Source of the DNA: Oikopleura dioica
Lineage: Eukaryota > Animalia > Chordata
DNA length: 64,000 bases
Assembly: GCA_907165135.1 (NCBI GenBank)
Contig: OU015569.1
Span: 12,772,001-12,836,000, forward strand
Direction of reading: 5' to 3'
The position numbers and the translations under genes are program-made. The stretch's first letter is position 1, and every line of letters begins with the position of its first letter. The notes beneath the pieces were generated by a model that did no database searches, was not told the origin of the DNA, and saw only the letters and a list, made by a program, of their open reading frames with translations. Below, piece by piece: positions 26,507 through 38,065 of the stretch.

Positions 26507-26802
26507 TCAACTCTCACATCGACTCGCCCAAACCTCCATCTTCATTACCATCATATAACACCGCAGTATATAACAGAAAAAGATCCGAAGCGACAATGGA
26601 AATTGACAGCTTAGTTGACGAATTTAAAGGTAAATTTAAAATTTATAAACAATCTTATTATTATTCTCTAGCAACAGATCACATCTATCATCGTCAATCC
26701 TCATCATCGTCTTTTCACTCTGACACGACTCATTCTACCGAAAACAAACAACCAACAGAAGTCGACAACGAAACCGACGAAATTTTAAATCTTTTTGTTT
26801 AA
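25807..26802 (+). CDS. Overlapping alternative-frame ORF
   Basis: Open over ~700 nt of the preceding CDS, with a plausible in-frame 42-nt intron (26630..26671) downstream of the other frame's stop. Confidence 0.4.
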   Translation: MGTTCSNTTSFAPHSVFREITTNSRIESGRFTRTMASQKESVNEPGGILSELLPQGDSRRNNVQRVNAPGTNFESVLRESSGSGTFSSFRRSLEKQPNQFPVVLPDNFSTGRDKTSSNNELGSCSYSSKTTLKLTMPECSMPENNRGAPQILPIGNRESALLQGRTLTTSSTDFLQPFQPTTNTQTGLRFARTLGIEHNERRPPTATPTYYRISNERNPIIRTASQEAPHGSLVNSHIDSPKPPSSLPSYNTAVYNRKRSEATMEIDSLVDEFKGKFKIYKQSYYYSLATDHIYHRQSSSSSFHSDTTHSTENKQPTEVDNETDEILNLFV

Positions 26803-26893
26803 CATTTACAATTTAATTTCATTCCTGCTTTACACTTCTCTCATTTGCACCCAGACAGAATATAACAACTAGATTTTTCATTAAACAATTGTT

Positions 26894-27676
26894 TTATTTA
26901 AATGCCCAAGCAGCAGGATAGGTTTGAACAATTATTTGATAGGCTAAAATTCTATTTAAACGAACATTGCTCTCTTCAAAGACATCTCGACGGTGAAAGG
27001 TGTTTTTTAAAAGGGCGTTGTTGAAATCTTCAGGTTGTATTTCTTCCAGGAGTTGTTCCAAATCGGCCTCATTCCTAAGATATTCCGTAGAATTACAGCT
27101 CCCCCAACTATTTGGATAAATGATGGAATATTTGGAGCGAATTTCAGGCTCACCAGTATCCGTATTGAACCAAGTCCCAGTAGAAACGGTGCTGTAGAAA
27201 GCGTCAACAGAGACTCTCAACAGTCCAGTGAAATTTCTGCCTATTTTGTCCACCAAGCCCACATAGTCCTTGTCGTTCAACAATGTTATTGTGTACCGAT
27301 TGCAAAGATGAGCGTAGTTGCCTTTTGGATCCGCGCCAAGAATAAGCCGATTATGACGAAAATTGTTTCCTAAATTTGTTAAAATCATAAACATGTCTTT
27401 TATACTTATTAAATGGCGCTGTGGAAAATGTCTTGTGCCACTCCCTTCAATCAGTGCTTCGAGTTCTTCAGGCTCAAAATAATCATCGTCAGGCCATTCA
27501 ATTGGGACATGCTTTGATAGAAAATCTAGTTCCCAAGCAACATTAGATTTTAGTCCATCATCTGACAGTGAGAAATTAGGTTCTTTTGATCGTCGAGGAT
27601 AAAACCACTCTATTTGTTTCTTAGACAGATTGAAATCTGTTTTGATATGATAAAAACGGTCCATAAAATCCGCCAT
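26894..27676 (-). CDS. Stand-alone ORF resembling the N-terminal (terminal-protein-like) region of Polinton pPolB
   Basis: C-terminal half YSIIYPNS...YLRNEADLEQLLEEI...EESNVRLNRILAYQIIV recalls the conserved segment preceding the exonuclease in Polinton pPolBs; recognised by eye only. Confidence 0.5.
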   Translation of the reverse strand: MADFMDRFYHIKTDFNLSKKQIEWFYPRRSKEPNFSLSDDGLKSNVAWELDFLSKHVPIEWPDDDYFEPEELEALIEGSGTRHFPQRHLISIKDMFMILTNLGNNFRHNRLILGADPKGNYAHLCNRYTITLLNDKDYVGLVDKIGRNFTGLLRVSVDAFYSTVSTGTWFNTDTGEPEIRSKYSIIYPNSWGSCNSTEYLRNEADLEQLLEEIQPEDFNNALLKNTFHRRDVFEESNVRLNRILAYQIIVQTYPAAWAFK

Positions 27677-27947
27677 CGATAAACCATTAGACGGTTTGTC
27701 CGTGTCAATATTTTTGCGCGTCGTCTCGTTGTTTTTCGTATATATTTTATAGTATCAAATATACTTGCCATTTGTAAGTCGACTTCTTCCTCCGAAGAAG
27801 GTACTGGTGGAAGTGAAGAAGTCGACGTTGGTCTTGACTCCGTCATCATAGAATTATCTTCAGGAAAGACCGGAGATAAATTAGAAGACATTCTTAATTC
27901 CTAAATATTTTAACGAAATAAAAAAACTCTACATTCGTGACAGTTAA

Positions 27948-30900
27948 TTAAAAATATGAGCCATCAGCTTTTTTCAACGGTAAAGTATTAATTTTGTTTT
28001 CACAAACGATTCGCTTTTTCAGAATAGAATTTATAACATGTTTTGACATCGTCCATGTTTTCGTGCGTTTTGCTTTCTGATCGAATTGGATTAGGGGTAC
28101 ATCTTTTTTTATGCGCATGTTCATGTCTGACGAAAAAAGAGCTGCCAAATACTCGTAGTGTCTAAAACAAAATAGCGAAAATATTGTAAAAATCCTACTT
28201 TATGTGAATCTTTTGCGGACATCCTTTGGCTGAACGTTTTTGATATGAGTAGAGTATTTTGAATCTTTATACTCTTCCAATATCTCGTAAACTCGATGAG
28301 CGTTATTTGGGTCCGCCAGTTTTTCTTCCAACTCGCACGGATCAGAATCAGCGAGTATATAACATTTGGGTGATAATGATATCATCCACCCCTTTGAGAG
28401 TCCATTCTTTGGTCCTTCAGGCTTCAATAAACCGGGTTCCTTTGCAGACTTAGGACAACCCTCTTCCACAAACCACTCGGGAACAATTTCTTCTTTCCAT
28501 TCATCTAACTTATCGGGCTTCACACATTTCTCGAGAGTTTCAGCGCCCAAAGCAAGCATAAAAGAGTCGGTGTCCGCATAGCACATAGTGCACATTCCAT
28601 CCACCATATATTCGCGGAGCACATCCAAAAATCGAAAAAACAGCAACTTACTATTCTGGTAGACAGCGATTTGCACATGTAAACAGTTATTATGGACAAC
28701 TTTTCGTTTTGAGAAAACTGCTTCATGCAGCGGATCGAATCGCTCGCCTTAAGCAGTCAACCCTGTTAAATCCTTTAATCGAGGGTCGCGGATCGCGTCA
28801 AATAAACCATTTGATGATAGAATTCGAGTTTTCACAAATTTTGAGCGATCAATCGCAAAGTAGCCAACAGCGGAATTAAGAATAAATTTGATCCAGTTTT
28901 GGAGTGCATCATCCTTGTTCTTACAGGCTTCCACACGATCAGCCACCATGGTGTTAACAAAGTCTTTGAATGGACAGCCCCGTTTATATTCAACAAAATA
29001 ATGAACTTTGTATTTGATTCCTTTCGCGTCGTAGTAGGAAAGCATATCGGAAGTTATCATATATCTCTTGGCGTTGTAGCAGAATATGTTCTCCTGGCAT
29101 GGAAACATTTTCTTTTTCTTCTCTTCAGTAAGAACCTCATTTAGATAACCTTGAACATCTTCAGGATTGATTGTATGTTTTGCAAAAATTGGTGGAATGT
29201 CCTTATGCGCTTCAATAACTTCTGGAGGCGACTCCAAATCTACCATCGCGAAGCCGTAGAACAATGATTCTCCATTTGAGTTTTTAGTGGTTATGGCGTT
29301 TTTGAATTCTTGTTCAGTAACTCCTTCATGACCCGACAGTTTGCGCGATTGAGGTGATCTACTTCCCTTAAACAAGAACGGGTAGTCGATCGAATACGGA
29401 GGTTGTCCTTTCAGCTCTAATGAACGCCACTCCCGCCTCCATTGACAGGAATTCTTTATTTCAATTTGATGTGGAAAGTATGCGGGTCCTTCAGGTTGCA
29501 CTGTTGCACCAGTTTCAATGTCAATAACAATCGGTTCGGGAAGCCCATCGCCAATACCGTCAAGAGCGCGAATAATCGCTACAATTTTATCGATGCGCGT
29601 TTGCTCATGCTCGAACAGTTCCATTTTGGTCATTTGTTTCTCAATTATTTCCCCGGTACCAGGATCGACAAGCTTTTTCTTAGCAGGATATTTAGGTGAA
29701 CCCGTGCAGTAAGGGCAGACGTGAAAGGCGCATCCGCGGTATTCAAATAAATGTCTTTTAACAAACCTGACGCCATTGTATTCCATTTCAAAACTCTCAG
29801 CATAACCGTCAATGAAATATTCACCAAATTGTTTTTCTTCAAAATTGTACGAATGCTGGATAGGACCTTCCAAAAAATTGACGACAGTTGTGCAGTTGTT
29901 TAAATATTCGAGCCATTGAATTGATTCGAGAGACGTGTTCTGACGTTGCTTAAACATACCCTTTGAGAAAAATCGGATTTCTTCATAATGACAATTATTA
30001 GTGGAGTAGCCCATCTTATCAGGCATATAAATTATTCCCGGTCCAAGCGGCAAAGCGTTACGAAATGCTTCTGGATACAGACTGTTGAAATCAAGCATGA
30101 GAACTAACTTGTGAATAAAGCCCTTCGACTTCCAGGCTGCTTCGGGAATTTTATCATTCGGTCCATTTAGGTAAACGGCCCGCTTGAGGACTTGGCAAAT
30201 GCCACCTGTTAAATTTGCTCTTAAATCTTTGAGAAAGTGAGGGTGGTCAGGTGAAATCGAATACAATGGTGTTAACTTCGGATCGTATTTACTGAGAGCA
30301 ATTTTGTGTGCTATTTGGGAGATGCTGACATCGGAGTGGATACCAACGTGAAATTTTTCAACGTTCTTCCTTCCGAAACTTGAAATAGAGCCTTCGAGTA
30401 AATAAACATCGTTGTAATTATAATGTATCAGATATTGTCTCATTGTAGGTTCAGGAATATTCTCCGGATCTCTCATGTGCGCATCAACAAGTTTAGCCCA
30501 AAAGAATAAACTGTCAGCATATTTTTTCGGTGAAAATCGTAAGAATTTAAGAGTAGCTGCGCAATATTCATCAAACCGCCAAAACCCAGTTTCCTCATCA
30601 GAAATCAAAAGATCCGATACTTTTTGTTTAAAGTAATTGCAGTATTCGAGAGGCATATCCACACCATATTCTTCTTTAAGCTGACCCATTGCGCAGTAAT
30701 ACTCAAGCGCCGGATCAGTTATCAAATTATCGAAGCCAAAGAAATCGTAAAGTTTTGCAAGAACTGTTTCTTTATTGAGATCCGTTGAAAATTTCCAGTC
30801 TCTTCTCATCAAAGTATTCATCTCTGTCACGTGTTTTTGTTTGGTAAGAGTGAGTGTTGAATAAAAACAAGGATAGGAGCTCAATTCATCTGCTTTTTCA

Positions 30901-33605
30901 AGATGAGCAACTTTCGTAAACCATTCATAAGGAAATGAACCTTTGCAATATTTATCTGGATCCAATCCGCAGGCACTAGCTAAACTCTCAAGCGACATCG
31001 GACTCGTATAATTTTTAAAATCCCTGAAGCTTAGATTTTTGGCGTCTAATAACATAATTCCAGCAGCTCTTTTAATATAAGAAATATCCTCTGTTTTACG
31101 ATTCACATACTGAAAAAGCACTGACGATAAAGGAGTGAATAAAATTGGTAAGTCGTATTTTTCACCATTGAATGCGTAAATTTTCAGCTTAAAGAAATCC
31201 TTCAAATATTTCAATTTCTTGTTCCAGAGCCCTCGTTGATGGAAATTTTCTGAGGGATTGTTCTTCTCGTACTCAATTTTTTCCTTATAATAAGTGATAC
31301 CAGCAGTTATACATTCAGGGACAAGCTTGGCCATCCGCTGTTGAGTTTTATCGAGGTAAAAAACAAATTCTGCACACATTAAAAGAATCGCTTCGTAATC
31401 ATCCTCTTTGCGAATAAATATCTTCTTTTCACCATCACTCGTGTATGTTGCAATCGAAACTAGATTGTGAAAGTGTGGTTCATTCTTTGCAAACGGTGAG
31501 GCAGTCATAAGCGACTCAATATCATACGTGCAGAAAAAAGTTTGCACGTAATCAAAACTAGGCAGAAAACCATCGTCAGCGAGCTCTTTAATATAATCAT
31601 TGATTCTCGGACCTTCCACTCTTTGTTCGATAATGTTAATTTGATCCAAAGTACAATATTTAACGTGTTTTTTCATTCGTTGCGGCCTTGAGCTTGAAAA
31701 TAAACATCCTTTTGTTGGGCACACTGGGAGATTTTTTACTGCATTTGCAGGAAGAATACGCACACGAGTATCCTCAGAGAACACGTTTGGAGTAAGGCTA
31801 AAAGCATTTTTAATCGGCGCGTAATCACCAAAGTCGTTGACTAATCGTGTGCCCACGCTGGGATTTCTGTCATCATAGTCGGTAGTAGTTGAGCGTGTTT
31901 CAACGTTTTCTTCGCCTAGATTACCATCTTCTTTTTCTGGGCGTTCCTCTTCGCATTCATTATCAAGAAACATATTTCGTCGACCGCGTGAATTCTCGGA
32001 TTGAGCATTTTCGGTAAGTCTATCAAAATCCACAAATGACAGACCGTCCTCGTTATTACGGTCGCTTTTACTGGGAGCGAGAAGCATTAAACGATGGCGA
32101 TCATCATCGTCGACATTATCGTCTCTCAGATCCTCGTTGTCATCTTCGCTCTCGGAGGCATAGTGATATTGATGAGTCCTCGATCGGGACCAATTCAAAA
32201 TTTTTGAAATTTGTCTGTTACTCATATATTGATCGGCAATAGCAGCACGTCTTTGATAATCAACATCACCCGCAAAATTCGGTATAAGATCAGGATAACG
32301 CTTAAATCGACGATACTCATAACTGGTATACTTTTTAAACTCGCGAGCGAATTCATCTTCTTTATAAGACGCCACGAGTAAATTCAGGGGAATACACTTT
32401 GTTGATTGAACAGTAGCATAGATACATTTTTTAACATTCACATTATCGTTAAGTATTTTCCCAACGAACAGACGAATGTCGACTTGTAATTTCTGTTTAA
32501 TTTTTTTTAAAACACCATCAGCAATCGTAAAAATTTTGTTCTGATAATCATCGCCGAGTATTGTTTTCTTTAGCGCCAAAATTTTGTTGGGATAATCTTG
32601 TTTGCGTAAACTTGGCCACTTGACCTTGACTATGGCTGTCCAAATACACGTCCAAGCAGAGTCGCATGTCTCAAACGGTTTTCTACCAGGTAAAACCCAA
32701 AACGTTCCCAAACGGTGAAAAAACGGACGAGCAGATTGAAGTACAACAACGGGTCTAGCAATAGCTATAGATTCATTGGGCACACTTTCTAATCGGTTAA
32801 TTATCGACGAAATATCATCATTGCACATTCTTCTTTCCAAAGGTCTGTAAGCTATGCCAAGTGGTGCGTATCTACCACCGTAAAGCACATAAATATCAAT
32901 ATTAAGGAAGCGTTCAAGTTTAGGTAGTACCGCTCTTGTCGGTCGATTACCAAATTTTTCAACAAGCCTCTTGGTATCGACTTTAGCTTTTTCTTCTCTT
33001 AATGGTTGGTTCACTTTTTTAGGTATTTTCGGAGATATCTTCTGTAAATGTTTCCACCAATTAACACCCATTAAAACAGCATCATAAACATTCGAAGTAT
33101 GTTCGTCACAGGAATCAGGATCCGCGGGGAAATAATCAACTTCATCGTTAACGTATTCGTCATTATGAAAAGTATCATCAAAGATATTTTCGTTATTCGA
33201 AATAACCCGGGAACTAGCTGTACTAGCAACACTGCTACCAGTTTCATAATCATCGAACATATTTTCATCCAAAAAACGGGGTCCAGGGATATCTCTTGGT
33301 CTAACAAAAACACTATCACTGCCATCAGGATCTTCTTCGAACTGACTTTCAGCGTCAAATGTTGCTCTACACGTTTGATCTCCGCTTAGTGAAGAATTTG
33401 ACGAGGGAATATTACGCAAAATACTGTCATTATTAGGAAGTGGAATAACGATACTAGAAATACTGCTTGACGCTTCACTTGCACTTGAAATATTTGAAAG
33501 CAACTCGTCGATTTGTCTATCAACTGATCCATGCAGAAATCTTCGTCGTTTTATCTCGCCAGTACTTGTTGTGTACTTTGGTCGATTAGGTAAAAACCGT
33601 TTCAT
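27948..33605 (-). CDS. polB: Protein-primed family B DNA polymerase (pPolB), ~1,870 aa if repaired; in-frame TAA and 1-nt frameshift in this sequence
   Basis: Exo I TYDIES, Exo II FNGEKYDL, Exo III YNYNDV; motif A DFNSLYP, B KFILNSAVG, C YADTDS; KRSAKG only after a -1 shift at 28237..28241; 37-nt intron 28162..28198. Confidence 0.95.
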
Positions 33606-33710
33606 TTCATTTAAAATTATGCGTGAAATAGATTTTATTTCTGTTTTTATAGATACAGTGTTTACAGAAATAGCGACTACAGGGAAGAAGAAAACGAGGG
33701 CGCTCGGCGG

Positions 33711-35523
33711 CTATCCACGAGGTCTTTTGGCGTTTCGTTTGGCTGTAGCGACTGGAACTTGTGATAGAATAACAGCCTCTAAAAAACAGTGAAATAGAAA
33801 TTCGATATTGAGTTTTACCTTGCTTGACAGAATCAAGAATAAGAGCGTCCACTGGAATCCTTGTCGTCATAGCACTCCAATTTTCTGTTGTTGTTTCTTT
33901 ATTTTCGTAATTAGCGAACCCTGCGAGCGGTTTATCGAAAGTAATTCGTATATTAACAGTCGCGTGAATTCCTTGCATTGGAGCGAATGACATTGGAACC
34001 ATCCAATTCTCCGTTATAAATTGAAAATAATCCAGTCCTTCACCAACAGATTTATTTTCATATCTTCCATTATGGTGCAAAAAGTTGATGTAGTGATCTC
34101 TTGGCGATTTCCACGGTGTACCAAAGGAAAATTTGTTGTCCACAAGAATAGAGAACTCCTTGATAGTAAACCCTTCTTCAAACAAAGTCGTTTTCGTTAT
34201 GCACTGATCAAAGGATCCAGGACATCGAGCGCCTCGCATTCCCGTAAAAATTAACCATTCAGGGAGGGGGCCAGACGAAATTTCAAATTCGTAAGTTTGC
34301 AATCCAGGACTCAAATTTTGCATAATCATACGTGGATAATAAAACGGTATTTTTAATTGACCTTTAACTCCAGTTGTTAGAGGCTTTTCTTTCGCTTTTG
34401 GCTCGCAAAATACACTTTCAAGCATTATATTTTTTAAGTGATATTTCTCAAAAAACCGTTTACTAGGATATTCAACAGCACAATTTTTCTTCCAAAAATG
34501 AACGTATTTTTTTTCATTTTCCTCAACGATGTTAAACTTAGGTATTTTACAATAGACCATGTGAGGTCTAAAACTTCCCGCTTGAAGTATAGTATTCTTC
34601 GGCGTAGCTTGTTTTCTTCCAAGATCAAGGATTTCGATGAAATTGATGTACTCGCCTGTCTCATACTTGGTTTTACCATCGTCGTTGACCTCCAAACAAT
34701 CGCAGTCGTCAGGATACTCATGTTTAACGGAATTATTCATTAGTAAAAGGTCAGCATGATACGGAAATTTAATCTTTGACACAATTTTAGATTTTGCATC
34801 TAACCCGTAAATATTATCGTAATCAGTACGACATTCTGTAAACTCAGAGAACTTTTGCAAAAATAACTTAGCATCATTTACTTTTACCAAGAAAGAAACT
34901 CTTGACCCAGGGGGTAGAACTTTTTCCTGACGCGCTAAGCCATGAGTTATCGGAGTCCGCAAATTGTAATCATACCAAAGTACATCATAAGAAAGAGCGG
35001 CGCCATCGGTTGTCAATTTGATTGTTTCAGGTTCAGGTTTCCAATTCTTTTCTGCATACTGTTGTCTATTCTCAACAAGAGTTTTTCCATTGTGTTTCAC
35101 CCGTTTCGTTTCAAGTTCATCGCTGTCAACATCGAAAGCGTCAAAATGACCCTCCACAAACATTTCGATTTCCTGTGCTTTAGGTGAAAAGTTAAGTTTC
35201 TTTATAAAGTGATTGAAGAAGGCGTACTCCAACCCATCAGTAAATGTAGAAAAGATAGTACTGTCCAGAATCTTGACTTCAAACTTATTTACCATCTTTG
35301 CTGCCACATCATTATCAGGAACGAAATTCGAAGGCATCTCCATTTGATAATGAAACATACATCGATCAAGTTTTATGGGAAGCTTATCCTCAGGAACTGT
35401 AAAACAAATTTCGTTTTCAAGGGGATGTGTTGCTAATCGCATAACTACTTTGTATCCAGTAAATGGATCTTCGACTTTCTTTTTTGGAACGTAATAAAGA
35501 AGCTGTCCATAATTTTCGGTCAT
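33711..35523 (-). CDS. Putative double-jelly-roll major capsid protein (Polinton PY-like), ~590 aa
   Basis: Position in the core module and PY-like motifs (EYAFFNHFIKKLNFSPKAQ; FEISSGPLPEWLIF...PGSFD). The 40-nt intron 33779..33818 gives the C-terminus ...AKRNAKRPRG*. Confidence 0.7.
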
Positions 35524-35726
35524 TTTCGTTAACTAAAATTTATTTTAATATCAATGAACAATAAAATGATTGAGATGAGCGAAAAGGAACACAAAAATAA
35601 TCACATGAATTTTGATTGTTAGAAATATAACAAAGTAAAGTCCCAAGTTCGATTTAAAAAATAAATCAAAGAATTTAAAAATATGTCCGAGTCCGTTGAG
35701 CAAAAGAGAAGGAATTCTTTTATTTA

Positions 35727-35906
35727 TTATCGGCGCCGTCGTCGTCGTCGAGGATACTTCCGTCTCCTCGTTGTTGTTTTCCGACGAGGCCGACGTCGAA
35801 CCAATCTCGAGGTCCTCCGTTTCGGTCCTGGTCTCCGGCGACGTCGCGTAGTTGTCCGAATTCGGGAAAGTTGTGGTCTCAGAATGAACGATCGAAGACG
35901 AGTCAT
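35727..35906 (-). CDS. 59-aa arginine-rich, protamine-like protein (below the ORF-track cutoff)
   Basis: MTRLRSFILRPQLSRIRTTTRRRRRPGPKRRTSRLVRRRPRRKTTTRRRKYPRRRRRRR*: 28 Arg, 3 Lys, no acidic residue; AATAAA directly follows the stop. Confidence 0.7.
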   Translation of the reverse strand: MTRLRSFILRPQLSRIRTTTRRRRRPGPKRRTSRLVRRRPRRKTTTRRRKYPRRRRRRR

Positions 35907-35965
35907 CCTTGTTAGTTTCTTCGTCGACGAACAGAGAGAATAGGTCCGTTATCTAAAATATATTC

Positions 35966-38065
35966 TCAAGATTCAGAAAGCGGCAACACAAGATTGAGTT
36001 CGTTTTCATAAAACCGTCGGTCTAGAGTTTCTCCATTGGGCCCTTCTAATTCAAATGTGAAAACACGAGCTCCTTTATTGATGTGAACGATTTGATAGAG
36101 CTCTTTTGACCACTTTGAAACCGAGCCTTTATCGAAAATTCGCTGCATGCTTGGATCTTTGACTTTCCTCACCAGATCACCCAAGTGTAGTCTACTTCCA
36201 GTTTGACGTTTCATTTTTGAGCGCAAACTCTCCAAATAATCGAAAAGCTGTGGTGCATTCGTTCGATTTACATCGCTAGGTCTCATGTTTATTGAGGAAT
36301 GAGGAGTATTATTGATTGCTTGATTCACATCATCCAATATATGTGTCCATCTCTTGACCCCGTTTTGAGCCGTAAAAGCTCTTGCTAAACGAGTTTCCAA
36401 CGTGCGACTAAAAATAAATAACTAAAAATTTGCTAAAACTTACTTAAATCTTTCCACCATCGCTGCCTTGTGACGACCAACTAAATGTACCGGAGTCATA
36501 CCCCACTCTTTCAGTAGATCCTTAGTTGGACCCAAAAATTCACTACCCTTATCTGAACAAAAGAATGTATGTCCAGGTAAATCTAGTCGCTCAAAAATAT
36601 GTTTCAATTCTTTCGAAGTTTCCTCCGCAGTCAAAGTCTTTAACATTCTAACAAAACTTTGTCGAGATAGTGCATCAATAACACATAGAATATATCTATA
36701 GCCATTATTAACGCGACTGTAATTTTTATACGCAGCAATAGTATCTGCAAAAAGTGTAGTATAAAGTCCGCTAGCAATAATGGGATTTCGAGTAAAATTA
36801 TAGCGAAAAGGTTTATGAAGAGAAATAGGCTCGTTCATGCGCTTAAATCGTTTCAAGTCAAAACCACTATAATAAGATTCTTTATTAGGGTTATACATTA
36901 AATCGAGAGCAAAAGGAGGTCTTCTAACTGTATCACTATTATTGGGATCATTTTGTCCAGAAATCTGCGATGTCTGCGACTCCTCGATTCTCGACGTCAT
37001 TGTCTCCCCATCGGAGTCATACTCGGATTTCTCTCCGTCGGAACTATCTCCGGCTCCCTTATCTCCCTTCTTGTGTTTATTACTAGCGGACTTTCCGGAT
37101 TTAGACTTTCCTGACTTAGATTTGCTTGGGGGTTTTGATACTGTAGTGACTCTTCCAACAGATCGCTTGGATCGCTCATTCTGTCGCTTAAATTTGTACG
37201 CCGGGTTCTCGACAATAACAGACTGGGATCGTCTGGAATTGGCTCGTCTGGCGTTGTTATGTCTTCCACCCGATTCTTTTCTAGCATTTTTAGATTTTCG
37301 TCTGACCTCATAATCGGATTCGTCGGATTCATACGAGTCTGAATCTTCATCATTTGAAGTTGTTTCGGAATCGTAATATTTCCGCTTTCGTTTCGAGCTC
37401 CTATTACTTGTGTCATGAATTGAATCCCGCCATTTTCTGAAATCAGAGCTGGTGATAGTATAACCGTCGGATTTATTGGCTTGTCTTTTAGAGCGTTTGA
37501 ACGGTTGCCGCTTATTTCGTTCATCTTCTTCGCTACCACTTTCGTCCACGTCTTTATATAGTCGTTTTCGCCCGCGTTTCGTTCTAGAGCGGACGACAGT
37601 TGGTTTCTTCTTTCTCTGGGGCTTTTTAAACTTGCGCTTTGACCGAGATTTTTCAAATTCTTCGCTGCCCTCGGAATCATAGAAGTCCCTATGTTCTTGC
37701 TGCTGATACCTTCTCTGGCCACCGGCGATTTTGTACTGACCACTCTCTTCATCGGACTCTTCGTCTTCCTCCTCGCTAAATTTTTCTTCTTCATCTGAGC
37801 TTGAATACGCTCTTCTCTTTCGAGATTTTTTTGATGATCCTCTAGGAAGGGCTCGGTTGCATAGTCCTGCAACCATTTTGGCCGTGTCGTCTTCCTCCGT
37901 GTCATAGTCAGGGTAATTTTCCTCTTTTGTCTTAGGAGCTCGGACTCTAACGCGATTAGTTATTGGATTAATTTCCCAGTAAGAGCATATATTTTCCATT
38001 TGGGACAGGGAGAAAAAACATCCTCCGTTTAGGGGGGCTTTACTTCCAGTATTTAATGTACTCAT
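35966..38065 (-). CDS. int: Retroviral-like (RVE) DDE integrase, ~687 aa, with long charged N-terminal extension
   Basis: FADTI / CSDKGSEF / MVERFNRTL triad, restored by the 36-nt intron 36408..36443; NNTPHSSINMRP and GDLVR...FYENEL motifs typical of Polinton integrases. Confidence 0.95.

Noticed and set aside
28700-28765. Micro-intron removing the PolB stop codon
   Set aside because: The only canonical GT-AG option (44 nt) shifts the frame. A 45-nt GG-AG option would delete the conserved-looking LHEA segment.
35530-35990. Integrase extended by an acidic exon via a 37-nt GT-AG intron
   Set aside because: Formally possible, but the donor is weak and the frame runs on into AT-rich intergenic-like sequence. 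The Arg-rich frame has its own ATG, stop and adjacent AATAAA. Not fully excluded.
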